Shown here piece after piece: positions 54,340 to 63,947 of a stretch of 64,000 nt of DNA (its first letter is position 1; each line of letters starts with the position of its first letter). Source of the DNA: an uncultured Candidatus Poseidoniales archaeon (GTDB taxonomy: Archaea; Thermoplasmatota; Poseidoniia; Poseidoniales; Poseidoniaceae); assembly GCA_963997415.1 (NCBI GenBank), contig CAXEMN010000006.1, forward strand, positions 1,927 to 65,926, in the 5' to 3' direction. A program made the translations under genes and the position numbers. Under the pieces are notes generated by a model that did not search any database, was not told the DNA's origin, and was given only the letters and a program-made list of their open reading frames with translations.

Positions 54340-55350
54340 ATGGCCCTCCCACCACACATGGCAGAGCAAGAAACACCGGGGTTCGTCATCCCCCAGTGCG
54401 ACAGTTGTTCACGTCCTGCTGTGCTAGAACAGGCCTATTCGGGGCGAATATTATGCAACGAACACATGGCAAAGTCAGTTCGTAAGAAAATCGCAAAGGA
54501 ACTGCGTCAACAACTCGTGTTGCCAAAAGATCGTGACACGACCATTTTTGTTGCAATTTCTGGAGGCAAGGATTCCGCAGTCCTCCTCGACAGTCTTGTC
54601 GATTTAATCGGAGCACGCCCTGACGTGCGCATCGTTGCAGGCACCGTTGACGAGGGCATTGAAGGATACCGCCCGCCATCCCTTGAATGCGCCCAAGAAT
54701 TATGCGATCGCCTCGGCATCGAATTCATTACTGTCTCTTATCCAGAGTTAAGTTTCAAAGAAATGGATGAGGTTGCAAGCCGTATTCCAGACCTCCTTGA
54801 ATCAAACCCCAGTGCGCCACGGCTCCCCTGTTCCTATTGCGGCGTGTTTCGCAGACAAGGCATCAATCACTTAGCAGACAAAATCGGTGCCGACATCATT
54901 GCTCTTGGGCACAACCTCGATGACATGGCCCAGACTGTGTTGATGAACATGACCAACGGCGACCTTGACAGAACCCTCAGATTAGCCCCGCATACAACCA
55001 CAGTCGTGGAAGGCATGGCGCCGAGAATTGTTCCATTACGATGGATCCCCGAACAGGAGGTGCACCTGTACGCGCTGCACCGGAACTTGCCACTGCATCA
55101 TGAAGAATGCCCGCATGCACAAGGAGCACTCCGTTGGAGGCATCGAGAATTGGTAGCTCAAATGGAAGCAGATTCACCGGGTACGAGGCACGGACTTCTT
55201 CGCATGGCAGATAACATCAAGGCCCTTAGAAACAAACAACCTGGAGACGAACCATCCATTGCTCCGCCTACGCCATGTCCAAAATGTGGAGCAATGACAT
55301 CTGGGAGTCAGTGCAAAGCGTGCGACTTTAGAGCGCTGCTCAACGACTGA
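54340..55350 (+). CDS. tRNA 2-thiolation PP-loop ATPase (TtuA/NcsA family)
   Basis: N-terminal CxxC...CxxH knuckle ('CDSC...CNEH'), PP-loop 'VAISGGKDSAVLL', 'ALGHNLDDMAQTVLMN', and a C-terminal 'CPKC...CKAC'. Confidence 0.8.
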   Translation: MALPPHMAEQETPGFVIPQCDSCSRPAVLEQAYSGRILCNEHMAKSVRKKIAKELRQQLVLPKDRDTTIFVAISGGKDSAVLLDSLVDLIGARPDVRIVAGTVDEGIEGYRPPSLECAQELCDRLGIEFITVSYPELSFKEMDEVASRIPDLLESNPSAPRLPCSYCGVFRRQGINHLADKIGADIIALGHNLDDMAQTVLMNMTNGDLDRTLRLAPHTTTVVEGMAPRIVPLRWIPEQEVHLYALHRNLPLHHEECPHAQGALRWRHRELVAQMEADSPGTRHGLLRMADNIKALRNKQPGDEPSIAPPTPCPKCGAMTSGSQCKACDFRALLND

Positions 55351-55827
55351 TCAAAGAACATTCTTGACCAGTTCATCAAGATCTTGTGGTCGACCACAGT
55401 AATGGCATCGCAATTGCAATGGATCCCTGCTTACAACCCGAAGTCGATGAGCAAGTGGCTCCCTGGAATTTGTCGTGATGCAGTTGGAGAACGTACATCG
55501 GACAACGTTGACAACTTCTTCGCCAAGATTAATTGACAATTTTTCAGCAACAACATAGGCACGAATGATGGCGACATGAGCGTCAGGCGCCACCAACGCT
55601 AGGCGGTCCAATTCGCTTTGAGTGAGTTCACGGTCTTCGACCTTGATGATGTCTTTCGATCCGAGTTTCTTTGATGGCACGTTCATCACCAATGACACTG
55701 GGACTGATGTCTCTCCTGCGATGCCTAGCATCTCAAGCACACGAAGGGCCTGACCAGAAGGCACGTGATCGATAACCGTACCATTTCGAATAGCGGTGAC
55801 ACGGCGCATGCTTTGTTCGTTCGACAT
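55351..55827 (-). CDS. pyrI: aspartate carbamoyltransferase regulatory subunit
   Basis: 'VTAIRNGTVIDHVPSGQALRVLEML' and the C-terminal zinc site 'C..NC...CHYC'. The start overlaps the pyrB stop (TGATG). Confidence 0.92.
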   Translation of the reverse strand: MSNEQSMRRVTAIRNGTVIDHVPSGQALRVLEMLGIAGETSVPVSLVMNVPSKKLGSKDIIKVEDRELTQSELDRLALVAPDAHVAIIRAYVVAEKLSINLGEEVVNVVRCTFSNCITTNSREPLAHRLRVVSRDPLQLRCHYCGRPQDLDELVKNVL

Positions 55828-56783
55828 CAGAGCACACCTCCTTCAGAGGCAACATCAGCAGGTACTGTGACACCGAGTAAACGGCACAGCAGTGCCATTC
55901 GAGCCACGACACCGTTGAACGCTTGTTCGAAGTATCGAGCGTGTCGTGTGTCATCCACCGACGGATGAATCTCATCGACCCTCGGAAGTGGGTGCATGAT
56001 GATCATGTCTTCCTTGACATCTGCAAGATGCTTGACATCGAGTTTGTACGCACCAGCGCAGCGTGCGTATTCGTCTTCATCTGCAAATCGCTCCTTCTGA
56101 ATCCGAGTCATGTAAACGACGTCAGCATCGCCAATCGAGTCGTACAAATCTTCGGTTTCTATGACGGTTGCGCCGTGCTCTCGGAGGTCGGAAACAATCT
56201 CTGCTGGCATTTTCAACAGGGTTGGACTTGCAAAAATCAATTCACAACCAAAGCGTGTCAGAGCATGAGAAAGTGAGTGGACTGTTCGCCCGTAACGCAG
56301 ATCGCCTGCAAGCACCACTTTCAGACCATCAAGGCGACCATGCGCCTGACGAATAGTAAACAGATCGAGCATGGTTTGCGTGGGGTGGTGGCCAGCACCA
56401 TCGCCACCGTTCAAGATTGGTACTCGTGCTGCATCTTGGGCGTACTGAGCTGCTCCTTGCCGAGGGTGGCGCATGGCGATAATGTCGGTGTAGCCATCGA
56501 CCATTTGAATCGTGTCGAAGAGGGTTTCTCCTTTCACCACTGAAGAGGTTTTAACATCACCAAGATTGATGACATCACCACCAAGGCGCTTCATCGCAGT
56601 TTCGAACGACATACGTGTTCTGGTGCTTGGTTCGAAGAAGAGATTGCCCATGATTCGTCCTTTGAGAAGTGGAAGATACAATTCCCCTCGAGCGACAGGA
56701 AGAAGGCGCTCTGCGTCATCTAAAATGCTGAGGATTTCCTCATTGGTTAAATCGTCCATTGTAATGAGACCGGTCATTGTCAC
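55827..56783 (-). CDS. pyrB: aspartate carbamoyltransferase catalytic subunit
   Basis: 'FEPSTRTRMSFE', 'GAGHHPTQ' and 'IIMHPLPRVDEI'. Confidence 0.95.
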   Translation of the reverse strand: MTMTGLITMDDLTNEEILSILDDAERLLPVARGELYLPLLKGRIMGNLFFEPSTRTRMSFETAMKRLGGDVINLGDVKTSSVVKGETLFDTIQMVDGYTDIIAMRHPRQGAAQYAQDAARVPILNGGDGAGHHPTQTMLDLFTIRQAHGRLDGLKVVLAGDLRYGRTVHSLSHALTRFGCELIFASPTLLKMPAEIVSDLREHGATVIETEDLYDSIGDADVVYMTRIQKERFADEDEYARCAGAYKLDVKHLADVKEDMIIMHPLPRVDEIHPSVDDTRHARYFEQAFNGVVARMALLCRLLGVTVPADVASEGGVL

Positions 56784-56943
56784 TCCTCACTCCTAAGAAG
56801 GCGGTGAACGACACCCATGAACATTCCCGTCATATCCATTGAAATTCGTGGCTCTAAACCACAGCAAAATACGCTCAACTCTGGCATGGAGCGAGGGTAC
56901 AGCGGAGCGGAGTGATTATCACTGTGCGCTCAAAGTCGCGGTC

Positions 56944-58707
56944 ATGGTGGACGCTTGGGCTGATGTAGAAACGGCAATTCAAGCTGCCATACAACAGCGT
57001 AAACAGCGCCTTGAGAGGCTCACCAGTGCATCAGCACTCGTTCTTCTTGCTGGAGCCTTGTGGTTGATGTGGCCCAGTTTAAACGCCGCTATGCGAGGTG
57101 AGTCTGGGCTACTCAAGGGACTGGGCTTTCCTTTAGTCATCATCGTTTGGGGCCTGATCATACAGGATTTGACTGTCGATCAACCCCGTGCACGGACAAG
57201 AGTAGGCTCTGCCGCAAGCGTCGTATGGCCGATTCTATTGATGACAGGAAGTCAATCGCTCGACATCTCAAACACGAGCATGGTCGCTGGAAGTCTGATT
57301 CTTGTGATGGTCGGCCTCGCTTGCTTGAATGCCTCCAAAGCAATTCTACAAGGTGGACTTGACGTCCTTAGGTGGCGGGCGATCATGACAGGGCTTGGAA
57401 CCATCGTGGCGTTCTCGATCTTTGCCGGTGCACCTCCAGAATCGATGACTTATGAGTGGTTAGCTGCCATTGGAACACTCGGATTCAGTTCCGTTTTGAC
57501 CGCCTACATCTGGTTCGTCGGTGATGACCAACGCACTGCACGCAGAGCGTTTAGCCGTCGCCTTGATGCTCTTGAAGTCCGTTTACTTGAACTGAAAGCA
57601 CAAGGTGCGGCCGTGGATCAAGCTTCGAGTTTGATCATGACGGCAAAAGAAGAGGGACACGTGGATCCATCTCATGGAATGAATCTTCTCGACGAAGCAG
57701 AAGATGACATTGAGAGGTCACTTTCACTGTCTGGCGATGTTGAAGCGATCCGAGAGGATGCTCGAGCGGCAATGGATGAAGCAGAAGCTATTGCTCCTAC
57801 CGCAAAGCGACCGCGTAAATCCTTTGAAATGGGAGAACGAGAAGTCAAACTCGGTTCGCTTCGCGAAGGTGAAATGCTCTTTCGAACCTCAAAGAAGTAC
57901 TCAAATGAAATCATTGAATGGTGGTCTGTTGCAGAAAAGGCAATCGCTGAAGCCGCACGACAACTCCAAGGGAACGATGGTGAAGGCGTAGCCCACCTCA
58001 AAGAAATGCTGAGTGATGCAAAGAAGAAGTTGGCTGCAGAGGCGCCAAAGAAAGCCTACGAATTTGCTGTTGTCATTCCTGCTCAACTCGCGGCAGACGA
58101 TGATGCACTCGGGAAGGCTGCAGAGTCGCTCAAAGAAGCACATCGGCAACTGAAGCAAACCGATGGACTCGATACGAAAGCAATGATCGAACGACTCGAA
58201 CATGCTGAGTCGGCTCTTGAGTCAGGTAACGCAGGCCAGGCCATCGGGCTCGCTGACGGTGTCGTGCGTTCAATCCATAACGAGCGTGAAGCCATGGATA
58301 CCGTTCAGCGCGCACTTCGTCAGCGAAAGAAACTCGTTGCTCAATATGAATCAAGAGACGATCGAAAAGAATGGGATGACCGTATGGCTGCCATCGAAAA
58401 AGCGGCTGATCAGCGACAATGGACCGAGGCGGCTGAGTTGTTGAGCGCTATGAATCAAAGCCTGGACAAAGAAGGTAAAGCAAGCGAAGAGGCACTTGAG
58501 TTGTACGATTTCGTTATGGATGAATGGCGCATCTTGCGCAACCAATGTGAAGCCGCACACATTTCTGTTGAGGACGACGATCGGAGAGCTGTTGAAGAGG
58601 CCATTGCCTTAGCAGAAGAGAGCCTTGGCGTTGGACGGGTTGAAGATTGTTTGGAGCATCTTGGACTTGCAGATGCAGCCATGGAACGATTACGTCGCCG
58701 GATCTAA
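56944..58707 (+). CDS. membrane protein with a long cytoplasmic helical-repeat/coiled-coil C-terminal domain
   Basis: About 6 TM helices in the first ~230 aa, then ~350 aa of A/E/L/R-rich helices with a recurring 'L..AE..L..G....A' motif. First ATG at 56944; the track ORF begins at a TTG at 56839. Confidence 0.65.
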   Translation: MVDAWADVETAIQAAIQQRKQRLERLTSASALVLLAGALWLMWPSLNAAMRGESGLLKGLGFPLVIIVWGLIIQDLTVDQPRARTRVGSAASVVWPILLMTGSQSLDISNTSMVAGSLILVMVGLACLNASKAILQGGLDVLRWRAIMTGLGTIVAFSIFAGAPPESMTYEWLAAIGTLGFSSVLTAYIWFVGDDQRTARRAFSRRLDALEVRLLELKAQGAAVDQASSLIMTAKEEGHVDPSHGMNLLDEAEDDIERSLSLSGDVEAIREDARAAMDEAEAIAPTAKRPRKSFEMGEREVKLGSLREGEMLFRTSKKYSNEIIEWWSVAEKAIAEAARQLQGNDGEGVAHLKEMLSDAKKKLAAEAPKKAYEFAVVIPAQLAADDDALGKAAESLKEAHRQLKQTDGLDTKAMIERLEHAESALESGNAGQAIGLADGVVRSIHNEREAMDTVQRALRQRKKLVAQYESRDDRKEWDDRMAAIEKAADQRQWTEAAELLSAMNQSLDKEGKASEEALELYDFVMDEWRILRNQCEAAHISVEDDDRRAVEEAIALAEESLGVGRVEDCLEHLGLADAAMERLRRRI

Positions 58708-61280
58708 GACGAAAAGTCGAGAAGGCCCTTGTTTTGAATGGACTTCAAATCAAGGCCACCTGGGAAACCAAGGTCGACTGGCATGCCACCAATGGTGACC
58801 ACAAGACCAGTGAGATGCAAGAACAAACAAGCAGGCAAGGCGGACTGGTCGATTTTAGCAAGCATCTTCCAACCGTTGATTCCTTTCTTTGCAGCAATGG
58901 TCAATTCATTATCAGGTCCATTTGCAATCCAAGCATTTGCCGACCATGCATGCTGCCGTTCAGACTTCTTGTTAAATTCAGGAGGGGGTGAAACCACGTG
59001 CTTATTTGCCCATACCTCTGCAACATTCAATCCAGATTCCGTGGCCCATTCCATGTCGGTAATTTCACTTGAACTGTGAGGGGTGAGACCAGACCGTGAG
59101 AGGTGGCCAAGCAAGGCCCTCAAATGTGGGTGCCGTCCATGCTCCTTTGCAAGTTCCTCTGCCATGACAACAGCGGTGTTTACTCGCCCTTGATCCAGAT
59201 GCAGGAGACAGCGAACCACCTCGCCATGAATCCATGATTCAATGGCGTTTTTCTTGATGAACCGTTCGAGCAGGTCAAGCGCATCTTCGCTTCGTCGAGC
59301 CAAACGCATCCTTGCAATATCCCCAAGAAGGAACATGCGACCTGCCGGTGTGTTCAAACTCTTCAGTTCAGAACATGCGGTGTTTGACTCGAAGCGTTGT
59401 ACGAGATCGATGTTTCTTTTTGTGGTGCTATCCATGGCCAGTAATGGTTTGTACCTCTTGTCGAGTGGTCGGCTTTTCGGCTTGAACAGAGAGGCGACCC
59501 ATTGAAGGCGTGCGCTTTCGATGTCATCTTCAGCCAAGAGGTTCAAACGAGGTTTTGCCTCTGGTAAATCACGCTGAGCGAGGCTGGCAGCAGCAAGGGT
59601 CAGTCGTGCCATTTCTGCTTCTTTCCCACCGCGTAAAGCCAGCAGAGACACCGCCTGTTCTTCTGCTTCGTTCCATCGGCCAAAACCAGAATACAACGTC
59701 ATGATTGCACCGGTTTTTCGCCCGAGTGCAAGCCCGTCTAACTCCTCACCGTGACCTTTGAGCACATCATCAAGTTGGCCAAGAGCTTTCACCCACTCAT
59801 CATTGGCGATGAGTGTGGTCAAGGGTTGCTTCTTGAGATAAATCATATCTTCCATCTCAGAAAATCGCGCACGATTTCCTTCAACGGCTGCATCAAAGGT
59901 AATGTCGTCGAGGCGGGATCCAACGCGTAGCGATTTCGTCCATATGGTGAGGAAAGCAACTTGACCTCCAGAAGAGAGCATCCATGTCAATTCCTCTAAG
60001 GCGTCCTTGGTCAAAACGGCACAAACGGTTGAATCCCAGGTGCCGCATTGAGCCTGCTGAGGCAAGAAACTGGAATCCCAGAAGGTGATCATACCAAGCG
60101 CAAGCAGAAGCATGGATTGACCAGCAAATCCAGTAAAGCAGAAGTTCAACACTTTGGCTTGCTGCGAACGTTCTGCACGAAGCAAACGACTGTCGGCGAG
60201 TTTGATCCCTCCAGCGCCAGAAACGTCTTGTACGTCCAAGAACAAAATTCTGGCAACTTCATAGACAAACAAAAATCCAATGATGGCGACGTTCAAAAGC
60301 AGGAACAGCAGCACCATCGAAACGATAGGCACCCTAATGCCCTCAACAGGAATAAACGAAAAGAGTTCGATTAAACCAAACCCAAGCAAGCCACCTTCTT
60401 CCATAAATGTGGTCTGTGGCCGGTACTCTGGTAGAGCGAGAACTCGGTCCGAATGGGAAAGGAGGGTTGGGTTCCACAGCAGCACGGCAAGAGAAAGGAA
60501 GGTGTTGAATGCAACGAAGGGCATTGCTACGAGGTTGAAATTAACAATTTGAGCCACTGCCTGTTGGCGGGGACTTGGCGTATGGTTGTGGAAAGGAGAA
60601 GGTTCGCCCCCAGCGATTTTCTTTGAAGACTGTCTGAGCGCCCTCCACGATGACCCAAGAATTCGCCCATAGGCCAAAACCGATGGTGAGAACATAGCAA
60701 ATGCTGCAATACTAAAGCGCCGGTCATCTGGGACATCTAGCAAACCAAGTGCGATGTAGAGCATCGCAACCAAGCCCATCCAAAAGGCGAGAAGGATGAT
60801 GTAACTGTAGCTACGAAGCGCACTGGAATCTTGCAATGATGCACGATCTTGCCCAATTGGTTTGATGACCTGGGCACCCAATGAAGAGCCACTGGAAACG
60901 AGCGCTGGAAGAGCAATGAACATCAAAGCGATCGCCAATGATGGAGCATGGTAGCCCTCTGCGAGATCGAATCGAGCCATCAAGAACTCAAAGAGGAGAA
61001 TCAAAACTCCAACCAGGGCGAACAAGTAGGTGGTGACCCCGAATCGCATCCCTGGAGATTGAAGTAGGGCCTTTGCATCTTCAGTGCTATGGGTCACCCG
61101 ATGCACTTCATAGCGTAATTCTCCAGTCTCAAATGCAACCTGCAATCCTCTAAGTTGGCGAGGAACAACTTGCCTCCAAAAGAACCACGCAGTCGATGCC
61201 GCAAGAAGCATCGGCACCACTGCTGCGAGTGAAAACCCGTCAACAATTGGTGGTGCATTCATCAAAAAAACCTCGGTCAA
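58704..61280 (-). CDS. large polytopic membrane protein with a TPR-like C-terminal domain
   Basis: 858 aa. About 12 hydrophobic helices in the first ~430 aa. The C-terminal half is helical with TPR-like A/L/G/Y spacing. Its start overlaps the thrS stop by 4 nt. Confidence 0.7.
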   Translation of the reverse strand: MTEVFLMNAPPIVDGFSLAAVVPMLLAASTAWFFWRQVVPRQLRGLQVAFETGELRYEVHRVTHSTEDAKALLQSPGMRFGVTTYLFALVGVLILLFEFLMARFDLAEGYHAPSLAIALMFIALPALVSSGSSLGAQVIKPIGQDRASLQDSSALRSYSYIILLAFWMGLVAMLYIALGLLDVPDDRRFSIAAFAMFSPSVLAYGRILGSSWRALRQSSKKIAGGEPSPFHNHTPSPRQQAVAQIVNFNLVAMPFVAFNTFLSLAVLLWNPTLLSHSDRVLALPEYRPQTTFMEEGGLLGFGLIELFSFIPVEGIRVPIVSMVLLFLLLNVAIIGFLFVYEVARILFLDVQDVSGAGGIKLADSRLLRAERSQQAKVLNFCFTGFAGQSMLLLALGMITFWDSSFLPQQAQCGTWDSTVCAVLTKDALEELTWMLSSGGQVAFLTIWTKSLRVGSRLDDITFDAAVEGNRARFSEMEDMIYLKKQPLTTLIANDEWVKALGQLDDVLKGHGEELDGLALGRKTGAIMTLYSGFGRWNEAEEQAVSLLALRGGKEAEMARLTLAAASLAQRDLPEAKPRLNLLAEDDIESARLQWVASLFKPKSRPLDKRYKPLLAMDSTTKRNIDLVQRFESNTACSELKSLNTPAGRMFLLGDIARMRLARRSEDALDLLERFIKKNAIESWIHGEVVRCLLHLDQGRVNTAVVMAEELAKEHGRHPHLRALLGHLSRSGLTPHSSSEITDMEWATESGLNVAEVWANKHVVSPPPEFNKKSERQHAWSANAWIANGPDNELTIAAKKGINGWKMLAKIDQSALPACLFLHLTGLVVTIGGMPVDLGFPGGLDLKSIQNKGLLDFSS

Positions 61281-63304
61281 TCATCGGATTCGACAACAAC
61301 AATCGAGGGTTGTGCTACCTTCGAATCAATCTCATCCCTCAAGGCGGTGATGAACTCATCGAGACCCATACCACTGATCTGGTCACCATTTCGAGCACGC
61401 AGACTCACAGTTCGACCTTCTGCTTCACCATCACCTACAATCGCCATATAGGCTGGTTGCAGCTTGCGATGGTTGCGGATTTTTTTACCGACCGTGTCAT
61501 CGCCATCATCAACAAGAACTCGTATTTCATGTGATTTGAGCGCTTCAGCGACCTCATTTGCATAGGCCTTATGCTTCTCTGAAATGGTGATGATATGAAC
61601 TTGAGTCGGTGTGAGCCATGTCGGGAATTTACCTGCAAAGTGTTCGATGAGAACGCCACAGAACCGCTCCATTGAACCGAAGGGCGCCCTGTGAATCATG
61701 ACTGGGCGATGGATTTCACCATCACTTCCCTTGTATTCAAGACCAAATCGTTCTGGTAGATTGTAATCAACTTGGACCGTTCCAAGTTGCCACTCCCGGC
61801 CGATGACATCTTTGACTACGAAATCGATTTTTGGGCCATAGAAAGCAGCCTCGCCTTGTTCCTCTGACCAATTGACACCAAGTGATTGGGCCGCTGATCG
61901 ACAGGCTTCTTCGGCCTTATCCCATCGATCTGAGTCACCGACATACTTGTCCGAATCAGCATCCCGAAGGCCAACTCGAACACGGTAATCCGTCATGCCG
62001 AGTTTCTCAAAAATGATCTGGACCAACTCGATGCAACCGAGTACTTCCTGAGCGATTTGATCCTCTGTCACGAACAGGTGGGCATCATCTTGAGTGAAAC
62101 CACGAACACGTGTCAAACCGGAGATCTCACCGGACTGTTCCCAGCGGTAGACCGTACCAAACTCTGCTAAGCGAAGGGGTAGGTCACGGTATGAGCGTTG
62201 TTGAGAAGCATAGATCTTGACGTGATGAGGGCAGTTCATCGGCTTCAACATGTAGCCATCGATCTCACCGGCTTTCATCATGTTTGATAATTCACCACAA
62301 GTGCACCCCTCGTCTGCCAATTTCTTCATCAACTCCTTTTCGACCATTGGCGGGTATTGTGAGTCTTGGTAGTACGGGAAATGACCTGATGTCCGGTAAA
62401 GATCGAGTTTACCAACGTGAGGTGTAAACACTTGAGAATAGCCTTGTCGGCGAAGATGGAATGAGATGAAGTCCTGAAGTTCTTGACGAACGATGGCACC
62501 TCTTGGCGTCCATAGAATCAAACCTTGACCAACTTCTTCATCGATATGGAACAATTTCAAATCCTTGCCAAGTTTACGATGGTCACGTTTCTTGGCTTCT
62601 TCAAGGCGCGTTAGAGTTGCTCGTAGGGCTTCCTTGGAAGGCTCGACAATGCCATAAATTCGCACCAACTGCTCCCGATCTTGGTCCCCTCTCCAGTAGG
62701 CGGAGGACACGCTGGTAAGTTTGACATGCATGAGGCGAGAGGTGTTTGGAACGTGAGGACCAAGGCATAGGTCGTACCAATCATCTTGTTTGTAAATGGT
62801 TGAGCCACCGCCGTCTTCGATCTTATCGTTGATGATTTCGAGTTTGTAGGGATTGTCTGCAAAGTGGTCCTGAAGTTCTTCGTCTGAAAGTTCGATTCGT
62901 TCGACCGTGAAGTTCTTTCGTGCTAATTCCTGCATCTTCTTTTGAATTGGTTTCAAATCAGATTCTGTAATTGCCTCCATGGCAAAATCGTAGTAGAATC
63001 CTCGATCGATCGCCGGACCGATGGTGGGCTTTGCATTTGGATAGATTGAGGTGACAGCTTGTGCGAGAAGGTGAGCTGCGCTATGGCGAAGAATGTGAAT
63101 GCCTTCATCTGATTCCGAAAATATACCCTCGACAGAACAGTTCTCTTCCAACTCGGTCGCCATGTCCCGTTCGACACCATCAACACGAGCTGCAAGACAA
63201 CCGTGTTTGCGCCCGAGTGCATCGGTGATGACCTCAGCACATGTGATTCCTGAGGTGTATTCGTTGACAGTTCCGTCTGGCAAAGTCACGTTGATGAGTG
63301 GCAT
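61277..63304 (-). CDS. thrS: threonine--tRNA ligase, full-length bacterial/eukaryotic-type architecture
   Basis: TGS domain ('INVTLPDGTV'), second additional (editing) domain with 'HSAAHLLAQAV', class II motifs ('GLTRVRGFTQDDAHLF', 'FGSMERFCGVLIEH') and a C-terminal anticodon-binding domain. Confidence 0.95.
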   Translation of the reverse strand: MPLINVTLPDGTVNEYTSGITCAEVITDALGRKHGCLAARVDGVERDMATELEENCSVEGIFSESDEGIHILRHSAAHLLAQAVTSIYPNAKPTIGPAIDRGFYYDFAMEAITESDLKPIQKKMQELARKNFTVERIELSDEELQDHFADNPYKLEIINDKIEDGGGSTIYKQDDWYDLCLGPHVPNTSRLMHVKLTSVSSAYWRGDQDREQLVRIYGIVEPSKEALRATLTRLEEAKKRDHRKLGKDLKLFHIDEEVGQGLILWTPRGAIVRQELQDFISFHLRRQGYSQVFTPHVGKLDLYRTSGHFPYYQDSQYPPMVEKELMKKLADEGCTCGELSNMMKAGEIDGYMLKPMNCPHHVKIYASQQRSYRDLPLRLAEFGTVYRWEQSGEISGLTRVRGFTQDDAHLFVTEDQIAQEVLGCIELVQIIFEKLGMTDYRVRVGLRDADSDKYVGDSDRWDKAEEACRSAAQSLGVNWSEEQGEAAFYGPKIDFVVKDVIGREWQLGTVQVDYNLPERFGLEYKGSDGEIHRPVMIHRAPFGSMERFCGVLIEHFAGKFPTWLTPTQVHIITISEKHKAYANEVAEALKSHEIRVLVDDGDDTVGKKIRNHRKLQPAYMAIVGDGEAEGRTVSLRARNGDQISGMGLDEFITALRDEIDSKVAQPSIVVVESDD

Positions 63305-63395
63305 GGTAATCGCTCCTTCAACCCCTACGGGGTTGCTTCTCCCTCATCAAACCACCACTCATATTTTCAACGAGAACGCCATAGTGAAGCGTTTG

Positions 63396-63947
63396 TCACC
63401 AAGGGAATTTCAAATTCCAATAAATACAATCCAGAAGGATGCACTGGATACCGAGTAAAATCGATCCGACAAGCATCGCCCCGCCACCAGAAACATCGTC
63501 TTGCCAAGCCGAATATCCCAAGAGCCCCATCATGATGTTTCCAATGGATGCAAGCACCAACACACCGATGACGAGGATTGGTGTCCAACTGTAATCATGA
63601 TCGAGATGGTAAATCGTAGCCTCAAGCCAAAGTGCGCTGGGTATGACCAACATGGCAAACGCAAGCAAGAGCCGCCCGCCGCCATGGCCGTCGGATTCGC
63701 CCCACGGCCAGCGTAAATCTGCAATGACACTGGCATCGCTCTGATAGAGAATAACCCACCAATACATCAAGAAACCGAACGCAGCTAAGAACATGAACGG
63801 AACGATAAATTTCGCTTGTGACCAAGGAATACCACCCCAAAGCGCTTCTTTGTCAGAGGCGTGGGAAAGCCCGTACATGTAGGACACAAGAACAAGGGTA
63901 CCGAAAATGTAGATGAAAATACGAAGGAACTGGCGGGAGACTTCCAT
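63396..63947 (-). CDS. hypothetical integral membrane protein
   Basis: 183 aa with about 5-6 hydrophobic helices, rich in Trp/Tyr. No family recognised. Confidence 0.5.
   Translation of the reverse strand: MEVSRQFLRIFIYIFGTLVLVSYMYGLSHASDKEALWGGIPWSQAKFIVPFMFLAAFGFLMYWWVILYQSDASVIADLRWPWGESDGHGGGRLLLAFAMLVIPSALWLEATIYHLDHDYSWTPILVIGVLVLASIGNIMMGLLGYSAWQDDVSGGGAMLVGSILLGIQCILLDCIYWNLKFPW

Noticed and set aside
63305-63345. thrS leader hairpin as a tRNA-Thr anticodon-arm mimic (E. coli-style autoregulatory operator)
   Set aside because: The loop is only 3 nt (GUA) when the 7-bp stem is formed. It has no 7-nt anticodon-like loop and no NGU anticodon context. I kept it only as a generic hairpin.
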